NCBI GenBank assembly: GCA_051942165.1 | Contig: JAVECS010000009.1 | Location: 1-49,788, forward strand | Direction: 5' to 3' | Source: Circinaria calcarea | Taxonomy: Eukaryota | Length of the DNA: 49,788 nt | In this document: one piece after another, positions 24,384 through 35,654 of the stretch | How positions within the stretch are numbered: the stretch's first letter is position 1 | How the letters are laid out: the number at the start of each line of letters is the position of its first letter | Notes under the pieces: model-generated | Database searches by the model: none | What the model saw: the letters and a program-made list of their open reading frames with translations, nothing else | What the model was told of the DNA's origin: nothing | Program-made: the position numbers and the translations under genes

Positions 24384-27300
24384 ATGCCCTCAATGTCTCC
24401 ACACCACGTATCTAAATCCAATAGCGGGGCTTCAACTCCACAGTCGGAGCTAGAAGACGTCCTGCCAAGGTCAAGTGGGAGCCATGCTGGCCAGCCAATT
24501 GCCATCGTTGGCCTGTGTAAGTTCAGCTGTATCAAAAAGGATCAAGACAGTCTGCTAAACACGTTAAATGTCAGCCTGCAAGTTACCTGGGGACAGCACA
24601 TCGCCATCTAAGTTTTGGGATCTAATGGCCAACACTCGCTCTGGACAGTGCGATGTTCCAGGCTCTCGATTCAATGCTGACGCCTTCTACCATCCACACG
24701 GGGTGGAACGACCAGGCAGTATGAATACCACGGGTGGCTATTTTCTCGACGAGGACATTCGAACCTTTGAAAATAGCTTCTTTGGCATTAACAACCTCGA
24801 GGCAACGTACATGGATCCGCAACAGCGCAAACTCCTCGAAGTCGTCTTTGAGTGCCTTGAAGGCGCCGGAGCCCCACTTGATAAAATTTCGGGTTCTAAC
24901 ACAGGCTGCTATGTTGGAAATTTCACTGTGGATTACCAGGTAATGCAAACCCGGGACGCAGAATACCTCAGTCGCTATAGCGCCACTGGTATGGGAACAA
25001 CGATCCTGGGAAACAGGATTAGCCACGCGTTCAATCTAATAGGACCAAGGTAAGCTAGGAGCATCCGACTGTACAGTATTGAAAAGCTCATGGGACTGTA
25101 CCAACAGTCTTGTTCTGGATACAGCGTGTTCCTCTTCACTATATTGTCTGCATGTGGCTTGTACGGCGTTGGAGAATGGCGAGTGCGACGGAGCAATTGT
25201 TGCTGGAGCCAACCTGATACAGTCCCCAGAGCAACATCTTGGTACAATGAAGGCAGGTGTTCTATCAGGAACATCAACATGCCATACGTTCGACTCCTCC
25301 GCTGACGGTTACGGACGAGGAGACGGAATTGGAGCGTTATATCTTAAGAGACTGAATGATGCCATTCGGGATGGTGATCCTATTAGATCGGTAATCCGAG
25401 CATCGGCCATCAATGCGTGAGTAATGTTTTCTGAATCTCCTTACTCTTCGGGGAACAACGATTGCTAAAAGATCAACAGAAATGGGAAAACGCCCGGCAT
25501 TACGCTACCCAGTGCAAACGGACAAGAAGCAGTTATTCGGAAAGCATATGCCAAAGCAGGTATTGGTTTTTCTGAGACGGCTTATGTGGAATGCCACGGG
25601 ACAGGAACAAAAGTTGGAGATGTAATCGAAGGTAAGTTATAGGCACTCACGGCATTTTATATCCCCGAACCTCCGGTCATCAAACTTCATTTGTTGCTTC
25701 TCTGACCCCGCTGACACTGATATACCTACTGAATAGTCGAAGCATTATCACGCGTTTTCAAGCGTCCTGCGCACTCTCCCCTCCTGATCGGCTCTGTAAG
25801 TTCCTATTCGTTAGTGTATAAAACCGCCACAGTAAAACTGACAACTGGTAGGTCAAGACAAATGTCGGCCATTCCGAGGCGGCAAGCGGAATCTCCAGTG
25901 TCATCAAAACGACATTGGCTTTGGAAAAGTCGTTGATCCCGGGTACTGTCGGACTGAATCAGATCAATCCCAAGCTGAAGACCACGGAATGGAACATTAG
26001 TATTCCGACAACATTGACACCTTGGCCAGCCGTTGCTGAATTCAAGGACCACAAACCGATACGGCGTGCCAGTATCAACTCTTTTGGATATGGTGGTGCT
26101 AATGCGCATGTGATTCTTGAGAATGCGGATGCACATGTGCCGTTGGACTATGATGTAGCGAGTAAAGCACAACATACGTTATGCCAGCAAAGCTTCTTGT
26201 TGCTGCCATTCTCCGCTGCTACTCGCGAGTCGCTTGATGCCCGCGTCAAGGATTTCGTTGACTTCGACTTTCACGATGTGAGCGCGCTAGATCTTGCCCA
26301 TACGCTGGGATCCCGACGAACACACTTCGCCAAACGGGGATATATGCTTCTCCAACGCAACGTGCCAATAAATGATGGTCTTTCTACCCAGACACTTCGC
26401 ACTCTACCTAGCGCAGTCAGTAATGGGACTTCCCGCTATGCCTTTGTTTTCACTGGACAGGGATCACAATGGCCGGAGATGTGTAAGGAGCTGTTCTCGG
26501 AGTTCCCGGTGTTCCGTGATGCAGTATCAGATATGGATTGCATTCTACAGTCACTCCCTCACCCTCCTACCTGGACTCTACGGGAAGCTATTCTTGAAAA
26601 TTCAGCTACAAGCTTAATACATCATCCGACGCGTTCACAGCCTGCATGCACAGCAATTCAGGTAGCACTTGTTCAGCTTTTTGCGTCTTGGGGTATCTCG
26701 CCATCGGCCACAATTGGACACTCATCTGGGGAAATTGCTGCTGCTTTTGCCGCGGGGTATTTGTCTACCGCAGCAGCCATTACAATAGCCTACTACCGCG
26801 GCTATGTTGTGGGAAAGCATGTTTCAAACGGTGCAATGATAGCCGCTGGTCTCTCTGAAAATACGGCAACAGCAGAAATTCTTCTAGCAGGTCTCCATAA
26901 CAAGATCCAAGTTGCCTGTATCAACTCTCCCGAAAGTGTAACAATCTCGGGTGATAAATCAGCGATAGATACTTTATTCGGAATCCTTCAGGAAAGGAAT
27001 ATATTCGTTAGGAAGCTAAGAACTGGTGGACAAGCCTATCACTCACATCACATGAGAGCTTTGGGACAAGAATACCAAGATTTGTTGGAACGAGCATTTC
27101 CATATCTCGATGTTTCCAAGAAACTTCCCACTACAGCAATATTTATCTCTTCTGTGACAGCCGAGCTGCAAACTTCAGATCTTGACTCTGCTTATTGGCG
27201 ATCTAACCTGGAAAGTCCAGTTCTGTTCGCAAATGCATTGGAACGGCTGGATAGAGAAGAAGGCCATTTCCACCTGATTGAACTTGGTCCTCACTCTGCA

Positions 27301-30300
27301 CTTGAGCTACCAATCAAACAGATACGCTCTAAGTTGGGAACAGCCGCGGATACGAGGCAATATTCCGCTGCCATCAAACGGAACACAGACTCACTTAAAT
27401 CCGTGCTCAGCCTTGCAGGCTCGCTCTGGCTCCACGGTCATGACGTGTCATTTGAGAGGATCAACGGCATGCATTCTGGTGGAAAAATGGAAATTCCGGG
27501 CCAGAAGTACAAAGTTCTTCACAACTTACCATCGTACAGATGGCATTATGATGACGTGCTCTGGAATGAGTGCCGAACAAGCGTTGAATTCCGACAACGT
27601 AAGTACCCACGGCACGAGCTCTTAGGATCCCAGATGCCCGGAGCGAATGGCTTAGACACCGTTTGGAGAAACGTTCTTAGAGTTGATGACATCTCTTGGT
27701 TAAAGGACCACAAGCTCGAGGAGACGGTAGTTTTTCCTGGGGCAGGTTATGTCTCTATGGCCATGGAAGCAGTTCTGCAGTCCTCTGGGTCTAAACTTGC
27801 CGATCGACCCACTTTTCGCCTCGAGAATGTCAATATATTAACAGCGCTTGCCCTCTCCGTAGAACCAGCTGCGCAAGTTGAACTTTTTACTATTATACGT
27901 CGTTCTCCCATTACATATACATCCAACTCTGACAGCTGGTGGGAGTTTAATATTTCCTCGTTTCAAGGTCGTGTGCCCGTTGCTCACGCTAGTGGATCCA
28001 TCAGCATCAGACCCACTCCTGAAGCTCTGGTATCAAAGTATCAGGCTCCGGCGGATTGCCTGGAACCATCCGCGCCCAAAATGTGGTACGAAAAGCTCGC
28101 AAAACAAGGTCTGAACTTCGGACCTACTTTCCAATCTATTCAGGAATTTCAGGTCTCGCGTATGAAGTCGGTACGTTATTGCACCACAAAAGCGCCGCTC
28201 CTCCAAACTTGTGGCGATGACTGGTCGCCCTATGCTATTCACCCCATAACTCTTGATGCAATGCTCCAGACATCTATCGTTGCGACAACCGCCGGAAACA
28301 GCAAAGATCTCCGTGCCAAGGTACCTACCAGAATTGGCGTTGCGGTTATCGAGACACCAGAGACCTCTATTTGTCCAGCGTCAATTCACTCGCTTGCTGA
28401 AAGCGTTGGATTCGGGACGGTAGAGATAGGTGCCGAGCTTATCAACTCAAATGGTCGCGTGAATGTACAGATTGAGAATGTCAGGCTGGCCCCTTATGAA
28501 GTTACTAACCAGGTAAGAGATGCTGAAATTCGTCACCCGATGTTACGAGTATTGTGGAAGCCCGACATCTATGGGCTCGGACTGATTGGCTCTAATGAGC
28601 TGTCAGATTACCTCGATCAGTTTGCTCAGGAGGCATCTTCAGAAGTTACTGATAAAGGTCTACTCAAACTCGGAGCTGTTCTGAGTCTACTCGCACACAA
28701 GAACCCAGGAATGCGGATTCTTGAGCTAGGAAACGATATTACTGAGATCACCAAAGCAACTCTGGATCTCCTTCATGCAAATACTGCCTTTAGATGGCTT
28801 CGTTCATACACCGTTGGATCAATTTTGGAAAATGGCGAACTCGTTGGAGCAAACATTACCGTAGAGAACGGTGAACGCCAAGCGATTTCGCCAATTATAG
28901 GGCAAACTTTTGACTTGATACTTCTGCCATTTTTTCCTACTGCTGACGTTTATCTCAAAACTCGATTCGAAAGTCTCAGAAATCTTATGCATTCAGAAAG
29001 CCTTGTACTGGCGCTTTCTAGTTCTCCGTTCAGAACATTCCATAGCATCCAGGAGATGGACGTCGTTCAATGCGGTCTTTCCAATAATACGGGCGAGGTT
29101 ATCTTGGCTCGAATGTCTAAAGCAATCGAGAATCACAATGCGTCGATCGGGCATCATTTTGTTGTTATCGATCAAGGATCAAATCCGTTGAGCGAAGCAA
29201 TTATGAAAGAGCTTTCGAAAGTTACTAGCCAGCCTATCACTCGACTCGCTATGAATGAAGTCGAAGAGAAAAACATTATTGCAGGAGCTACGGTCTTTTC
29301 CCTTATCGAATGCCAACAACCTATACTCGTCACAGCCACCGATGATGAGATGCATCGTATTAAGCTGATTACAGACAATGCGTCAACTATCGTTTGGGTT
29401 ACAGGAGGCAATTTTCTCGAGGGTGCTAATCCAAACTTTGCTCTTATATCTGGCATTGCACGAGCACTGGTGTTAGAACAGCCGTCACTCCAATTCTTCA
29501 CATTCGATATCGATGATGTCTACTCTCAAGTGCAGCAAACGGCAGAGCATCTAATATCGGTGCTAAGCCAACGAGACGTACTCGACATGGAGTTCGTTCA
29601 ACGCCGGGGCGTCGTCCATGTAAGCCGTTTCGTACCAGATCATGCACTCAATGATTCTTTCAGACAAAAGCAAGGCACCGAGACAGTTACTATACCTCTT
29701 CAGGAAGCCAAACCTGCTAGACTTTCAATTGAGAGAACTAGGCAATTTGATACCATATTCTTCAAACAAATGGAGCCTCAGAAGCATCTCGATGCGACAG
29801 CTGTTCAAGTTCAAGTAATGTCCGTGGGTCTGAACGCGAAAGACTTTTACGTGCTTGCTGGCAAGGTCGATACAAAGAATGCAACTTGTTCACTGGAGTT
29901 CTGTGGCGTGGTGGAGAAAGTTGGCTCCGCAGTCTCTTCTCTTGCTCCCGGTGATAGGGTTGTAGTCATGGCACCCGGACACTTTGAAACTTTACAGGTT
30001 GTCCCTGAATGGGCTTGCCAAAAGTTAAAAGATCACGAGGACTTCAACACTCTATCAACGCTTCCCGTGGTGTATGCGACGGCTCTTTATGCACTTCAAG
30101 ATCGAGCCAATCTTCGACCTGGTGAAACGGTTCTAATACATTCGGGGGCTGGTGGAGTTGGTATTGCCGCAATCCAAATTGCACAGCTATCCGGCGCCAA
30201 GGTATGGCCTTCTCGCTACGGGTCAATATAGAGATTATAAACTAATATATTTAGGTATTCACTACAGTCTCAACTGAGGCAAAGAAGGATTACCTTGTCA

Positions 30301-32007
30301 AAACCTTTGGTATCAACGCCGCAAATATCTTCAGCTCGCGGGACGATTCGTTTGTGCCCGGTATTTTGAAAGCCACTAGTGGAAAAGGAGTGGATGTCGT
30401 TCTTAACTCGCTAACCGGCGATCTTCTACATGCCGGTTGGCGTTGTTGCGCCTCGTTTGGCCGCTTCGTGGAAATCGGTAAGCTTGACTTGACCAGTGCG
30501 GGCAAGTTAGAAATGGACCAGTTTCTTAAAAATGGCACCTTTACCGCCTTTGATATGAGCAATCTTTACAACTCTAACAACCCAGTTCATCATGCATTGT
30601 GGTCTAAACTACTTACTGAGGTCCTTCGACTTTACAGAGCGAACAAGATCATGAAGATTGAGCCGCTTCAGGTATTTGACGTTTCAGAATTCACCCAGGC
30701 ACTTCGGTACTTTTCCTCAAGAAATCGAATGGGAAAGGTGGCTATTAACTTGGAAAACAATGCTTCAGTACTGCGAGTACAGCCTTTTAAATACAACACT
30801 ACATTCAGCCCTGGCAAGAGCTATATAATGATTGGATGCCTCGGAGGCTTGGGTCGAAGCTTGTCTAAGTGGATGCTAACCAGAGGAGCCCGAAAATTCA
30901 TTTTCTTGGGTCGATCAGGTCTAGATAAGGCACCTGCTCGCCGCCTTATCGAGGACCTAGAACACAACGGTGCTGACTGTAAAGTTGTACGTGGGAACGT
31001 CTGCAACCAAGAGCATGTCAAGGCGGTTATCGACCAAGTCGATGGTCTTGTGGGTGGCGTGATTCAGGCTGCAATGGGGCTTAACGTTGGTCTTAAATAT
31101 GACCTATCCCTTTTCTGATTGGCTGACATAACTCTAGGAATCTTTATTCACCACGATGTCCAATGAACATTGGCACACAGGTATCGACCCTAAGGTTATC
31201 GGGACCTGGAATCTCCATAATAGTATCAGAGGCAAAGACTCCGAGCTCGAGTTCTTCCTAATGACTAGTTCTATTTCTGGGACTGTAGGTACTGCGACAG
31301 AATCTAATTATTGCTCTGCAAATTATTTTCTAGATGTGTTCGCGCGATATAGACGCACTCTCGGTCTTCCTGCAACATCCATTGGCCTCGGGATGATCTC
31401 TGAAGTTGGCTATTTACATGAGAATCCCGAGATTGAAGCGCTGTTATTGCGGAAAGGGATTCAAGCTATCAATGAAGACGAACTTCTCCAAATTGTTGAT
31501 ATCGCTCTCTCAAGCCATACAACTATTCCGCACGCCTATGACGGGCATGCCCACGCCCACATTCTGACTGGTTTGGAGCCATTTGGACTGAAGGAGTTGC
31601 GCAAAAAGGGGTTTGAGGGCACGAATCCTACGCTAAATGACCCTCGCGCCGCAGTTCTCGCCGCCGCTCTAGACGGTCAGGCAGATGTTGCATATAAAAA
31701 CCAAGATGGAAATCTGCCAGCCGAGGTTGCTGATGCCTTGGAGAAAGGTATGCTACTTGCCGACGCCGTTTCAGCTCACGTCTCCAAACGCTTCGGAAAC
31801 CTGGTGCTCCTACCTCTTGCGCAAGTTGACGTGTCAAAGCCGTTGGCCGATTATGGGATGGACAGTATGATCGCGGCGGAGTTTAGGACATGGTTTTTCA
31901 AGTCCTTCCGTGTTGACATTCCGTTTTTGACTTTACTGAGCAAGACCAGTACGGTACGTAGCCTCAGCGAGGCTGCTTTGGAACTTATATCAATAGACTG
32001 TGCATAG
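24384..32007 (+). CDS. Iterative highly reducing type I polyketide synthase, KS-AT-DH-(psi MT)-ER-KR-ACP, 8 exons
   Basis: [69 protein letters not shown] remnant [54 protein letters not shown]. Introns 24517-24574, 25050-25107, 25417-25479, 25632-25736, 25796-25851, 30202-30254 and 31086-31137. Confidence 0.96.
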
Positions 32008-32821
32008 CGCAACTCGCATTTGGGGTTCCATATTTCTTTGGTAAATAATACCCTTTAGAGATAGAGCTTTCATAAATATATCCAATCTGGGGCTATTTTG
32101 TTTTATTTATCTAATTAATTCATTATGTCATAAAAATCCCTAACTTCATCTCTGTATTGAATACATAGCGGGGAAGAGACTTAAGCAATGCATTTCGGCG
32201 GTATTCAATATGTACGCAATAGTCGAATATATTGTGTAACATGTATGGTTCGCAAAGTGCGAAGCCAAGGGGAAAAACCTTGCAACCCACGCTACTACTA
32301 ATATGGGTGGTACAGAACCTTCTGCATACAGAAGTTCGGCATAGAGTTCGGCATACAATATGCTTGGCTCTCTATTCAACACTCTGAGCTCGACATATGT
32401 CGTTGGAACAGGAAATTAAGATCTCAATGGATGCTTCGGCTTGTTCCGGTCTAATCCCCGGGCAAGCGGGAAATGCAGGTAGGGTCCACAAACTGGCTGC
32501 ATGAATTATCGTAGCCCTGGGGCTGGGGTTCACTTTGGATTTACAGATGGTAAGAAGCCGCAGCGTTCATTCAATTGAATTTAGTCTACCTAAAAGCCCT
32601 CGAGATTACCGGCAAAACAGAAAGTCAGACGTGCTTGCACTTTCAGAAGCATCACCCGAGATCCTTACTTTGTCCTGTCAAAGTAGCCGTGGTAGATACA
32701 TAAAACTAACCTTCCTCCCCCTCCCTCCCCCTTGAGTCTCCCCGGCGATCAGGGCAGAGGCAAACCGTGTGGAGTAAGCCGAGATTCCCTGTTCGCAAGG
32801 CAGATCGTAGGGCTCACCAGG

Positions 32822-34263
32822 CTAGTCCGCCAGCTTCGACAGCCTCTGTGGGTGATACGCCTCGGGACCCATGTATGTCGTGATGGAGAGCTCTCCCTTT
32901 TGGAAAGCGCAGGAGATATATGTCTGCACGCCGACGGCGCTATCGAGCGTCCGGTGTGTAGCCAAACTCTCTAGGATACGCATATAGTTGTCGTTGAAGC
33001 GGCCTCTACCGCGCGATTCCATCCACCGAGTTAGTCCGCGTGCAATCTGAAGGTCATCTTTCCCGTAACGGCGGATGGGTATGTAGAATTTAATGTCGGG
33101 CACGGAAGATCCGGGTGCCACATCGAAATAGTACAGATAACCGGACAACAGGATTGGGAGGTCTTTGAAGTTGGCCAAGGCGGCTGGCGCGTACGCGGTG
33201 GAGGCCGGAATCTCCCGCGATGAGGGAAAGTCCTTATCCAAACCAACAGTTAGCTTGATCAGCTCGTTAAGTTCCTCGAGTGCATGATCCATTCCGTGGA
33301 TCTGGCCGCCCATGGTCATGATAGTTCGTACGCTGTCAAAGCTTGTATGTGGGCTCTGGACGTAGAGCTTCATGCGTGACTTGCTAGGCTTGACGCAATC
33401 GATGGCGAGCATGAACGGTTGAAGCAAGGAGCCCTCGACATCCGTCTTGATGAAACTAAATACTTTGTCTAAAGAAGCATTGGCTGGTGCAATGCCTCGT
33501 ACTGCATTTTCCCAAATGTCGAGTCCAACCGGACCTTTCTGACCGAGTTTCTTGGGTGCAAAATACGTCTTGACCGTAAGGCCTTTTTCCAGAAACTCGA
33601 AAGCCAAGGACATGGTAGTAGTTAGGTGTGCGTCAGGTTCGGTGGCGTATTTCTGCTTGTCGGAATCGTAAAAGGCAGCTGCGAAGTGATGAAACCATGT
33701 CAAGTCCAGACTCGGCATTGCCAGACTGAGTTTGTAGAGGAGATCCTTTGTTGAGTCTTGGTTGAGAGGGTCGATGCTCGTGCCCGTGAGTGATCCAATA
33801 GGCTCCATTGTATAGCGGACATCTGGTACTCCATACACAGTATTCCATTTCCAGCTATACTCGATTGGGGTGCCATCGACGGTCAGAAGGCTCTTCCATT
33901 TTGGGGTCTGGCTGGGCGAAGCGCAAGGGCCAAGCCGCGGTACCACGGTGTGATAGTGGAAGAGCATGCCCTCGTATTGATCATGAACGCTGTATCCGGC
34001 TTCGAAAAGCATTACTGCCAGATGTGGACCAGTCAACTGCCACCAATAGTCGCAGTCTGCGTTGCGGGAAGGAAGCCATCGCGAGACCATACTCCATATA
34101 GAAGTAAGGCTGGTGACAGGAACATCATTCCGAGCACAGATTTCGCTACTTGTTGGCTGATAATCACGAGCAACATAAGCGTAGAAAGGGGACTTGTTTT
34201 TGGTCACAGTACCTTTATCGAGCCCGCCTCATTTGGGCTCAAGCCTCGCACTACTTCAGTCAT
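32822..34263 (-). CDS. DMATS-superfamily aromatic prenyltransferase (FogH/AnuH-like)
   Basis: YWWQLTGPHLAVML, WKSLLTVDGTPIEYSWKW, VRYTMEPIG, DPLNQ, MLAIDCVKPSKSRMKLY, YYFDVAPG...PDIKFYIPIRRYG and QTYIS. Exon 1 is 34263-34213, intron 34212-34157. Confidence 0.93.
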
Positions 34264-34477
34264 TGTGTAAGTTTTTCGAGATTGGACTTTGAAAGAATCC
34301 ACATTCTCCTTTCAAAACGAAGAACATAGCAAATATGAGTACAATAAGGTATATTCTTCCCTCCTCCCTACCTACTAACCATAACCCGGCATCGTCTCCC
34401 CCAGTAGTTCAACATTGCCCAAAATAGATCAGGGCGGTTATTTCCAAGCAGTAATGCTCGAAAGTTGTCGACGATAG

Positions 34478-34488
34478 TCGGTGATCGA
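34478..34488. promoter_or_regulatory. TCG-N5-CGA palindrome (TCGGTGATCGA), prenyltransferase promoter
   Basis: The reverse complement TCGATCACCGA fits the shared consensus; about 215 nt upstream of the ATG. Confidence 0.6.
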
Positions 34489-34553
34489 TGATTATGGATA
34501 GTGATAGGCTGAGTGAGACGGCGTTATTGACAAGCTTATCTCCGTTGGCAACG

Positions 34554-34564
34554 TCGACCACCGA
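34554..34564. promoter_or_regulatory. TCG-N5-CGA palindrome (TCGACCACCGA), prenyltransferase promoter
   Basis: Fits TCGAYNAYCGA; about 290 nt upstream of the ATG. Confidence 0.55.
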
Positions 34565-34788
34565 TCTTCCTTGGCCTCGGAGCTATAGAACGCAGCCCCG
34601 AAGACGCCTTAGCCCCGGCGATAGTGCATCCTTACTCTTCGGCGAGGACGGTGAAGGTTGCGGCGTGTCTAAACCCGACGTGCTGCGGGATTTGAGAGAT
34701 TTGTGAGTCTGTTGGCGATGCTCGATTCTCTCGACGCTGGTCCCAGCGCGTGCCACGGTGCTTGTATGGAATTGCGAGGCAGCGAAGC

Positions 34789-34822
34789 ACCCCACCCCAC
34801 CCCGGGGTATATGGGGTGGGGT
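34789..34822. repeat. Perfect 11-bp inverted repeat
   Basis: ACCCCACCCCA - CCCCGGGGTATA - TGGGGTGGGGT. Confidence 0.8.
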
Positions 34823-35654
34823 ATTGAGAACCTTGCCAGTGATTTGAGGATGAAGGAACAGTGGCCAGTTTTCAAGATGTCTTGGCCTCGCATATCCCTA
34901 GCCAGCACGTTTGGAAGGCACGAGATTTAGGCATGGCTGGCGCTTTGAGCAAACAGGTGGCGTTACGACACGCGACGAGAAGTATCAATTGAGCTTACGC
35001 ACCTCTAATACTTTACAGTGATAATACGAATGTAACTATGAAAAGCTCGCTAGGCGTATCCTTGAATGAGCCGGTTTCAGTGCAGTCGGACTGGACCCTA
35101 CAACGGGCAGTAGGTAGCTACCCTGGTATAGGATTAATTACGAAGTCGGATTTTGGTGATGCGGGTATGTGACAGAGGAAATAGAATATAATAGAGATAA
35201 TGAGTTTGGTGAGTATGGCGGTCATCTATATATAGAATCGATGGAGCTTAGTAAAGATACGAACCTTGGGGTGCTCAGACACATGAGGTAGCATGTTAAT
35301 ATACATATTTTGGCTATATAGAATATGGCGGCGCGTAAGCTACCACTGTAGTACATTCATAGAAAACGGCATACCATAGTATATATAAATAACAGAATGC
35401 AGGGATGATTTCTTTTTGGCCTTCTCTTCCCAGCTTCGAAGTTTACAGGACTCTATATCTCAAGTTAAGTGTCATGTCGTCAGGGTAAATGCCGCACAAG
35501 TTGAGGCAAGAACGGATCTGACCTATGCTGTAGAATCTATATATCTGACTAACCTGCCTTTGTGCTCAGCTCCAACTCATCCCATTCATTCTTTCTTCTC
35601 TCTGTCCGTATGCTTCTGCGAGCTTGGTGTTAACCACCACAGATATCTCTTTAC

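Noticed and set aside
32320..32358. Short repeat AGTTCGGCATA x2 and the ORF 32146-32382 (LYAELYAEL)
   Set aside because: Small local duplication between convergent 3' ends with no coding support.
34207..34263. Apparent frameshift or missing ATG at the prenyltransferase 5' end
   Set aside because: Resolved by a normal GT-AG intron at 34212-34157, so it is not a pseudogene.
32822..34263. Indole/tryptophan prenylation (ergot or indole-diterpene pathway) suggested by DMATS + PaxM-like FMO
   Set aside because: No NRPS, GGPP synthase or PaxB/PaxC-type genes; the context points to a phenolic polyketide acceptor.
34488..34930. Overlapping 70-80 aa ORFs between the prenyltransferase and the FMO
   Set aside because: No domain similarity; the region overlaps promoter motifs.
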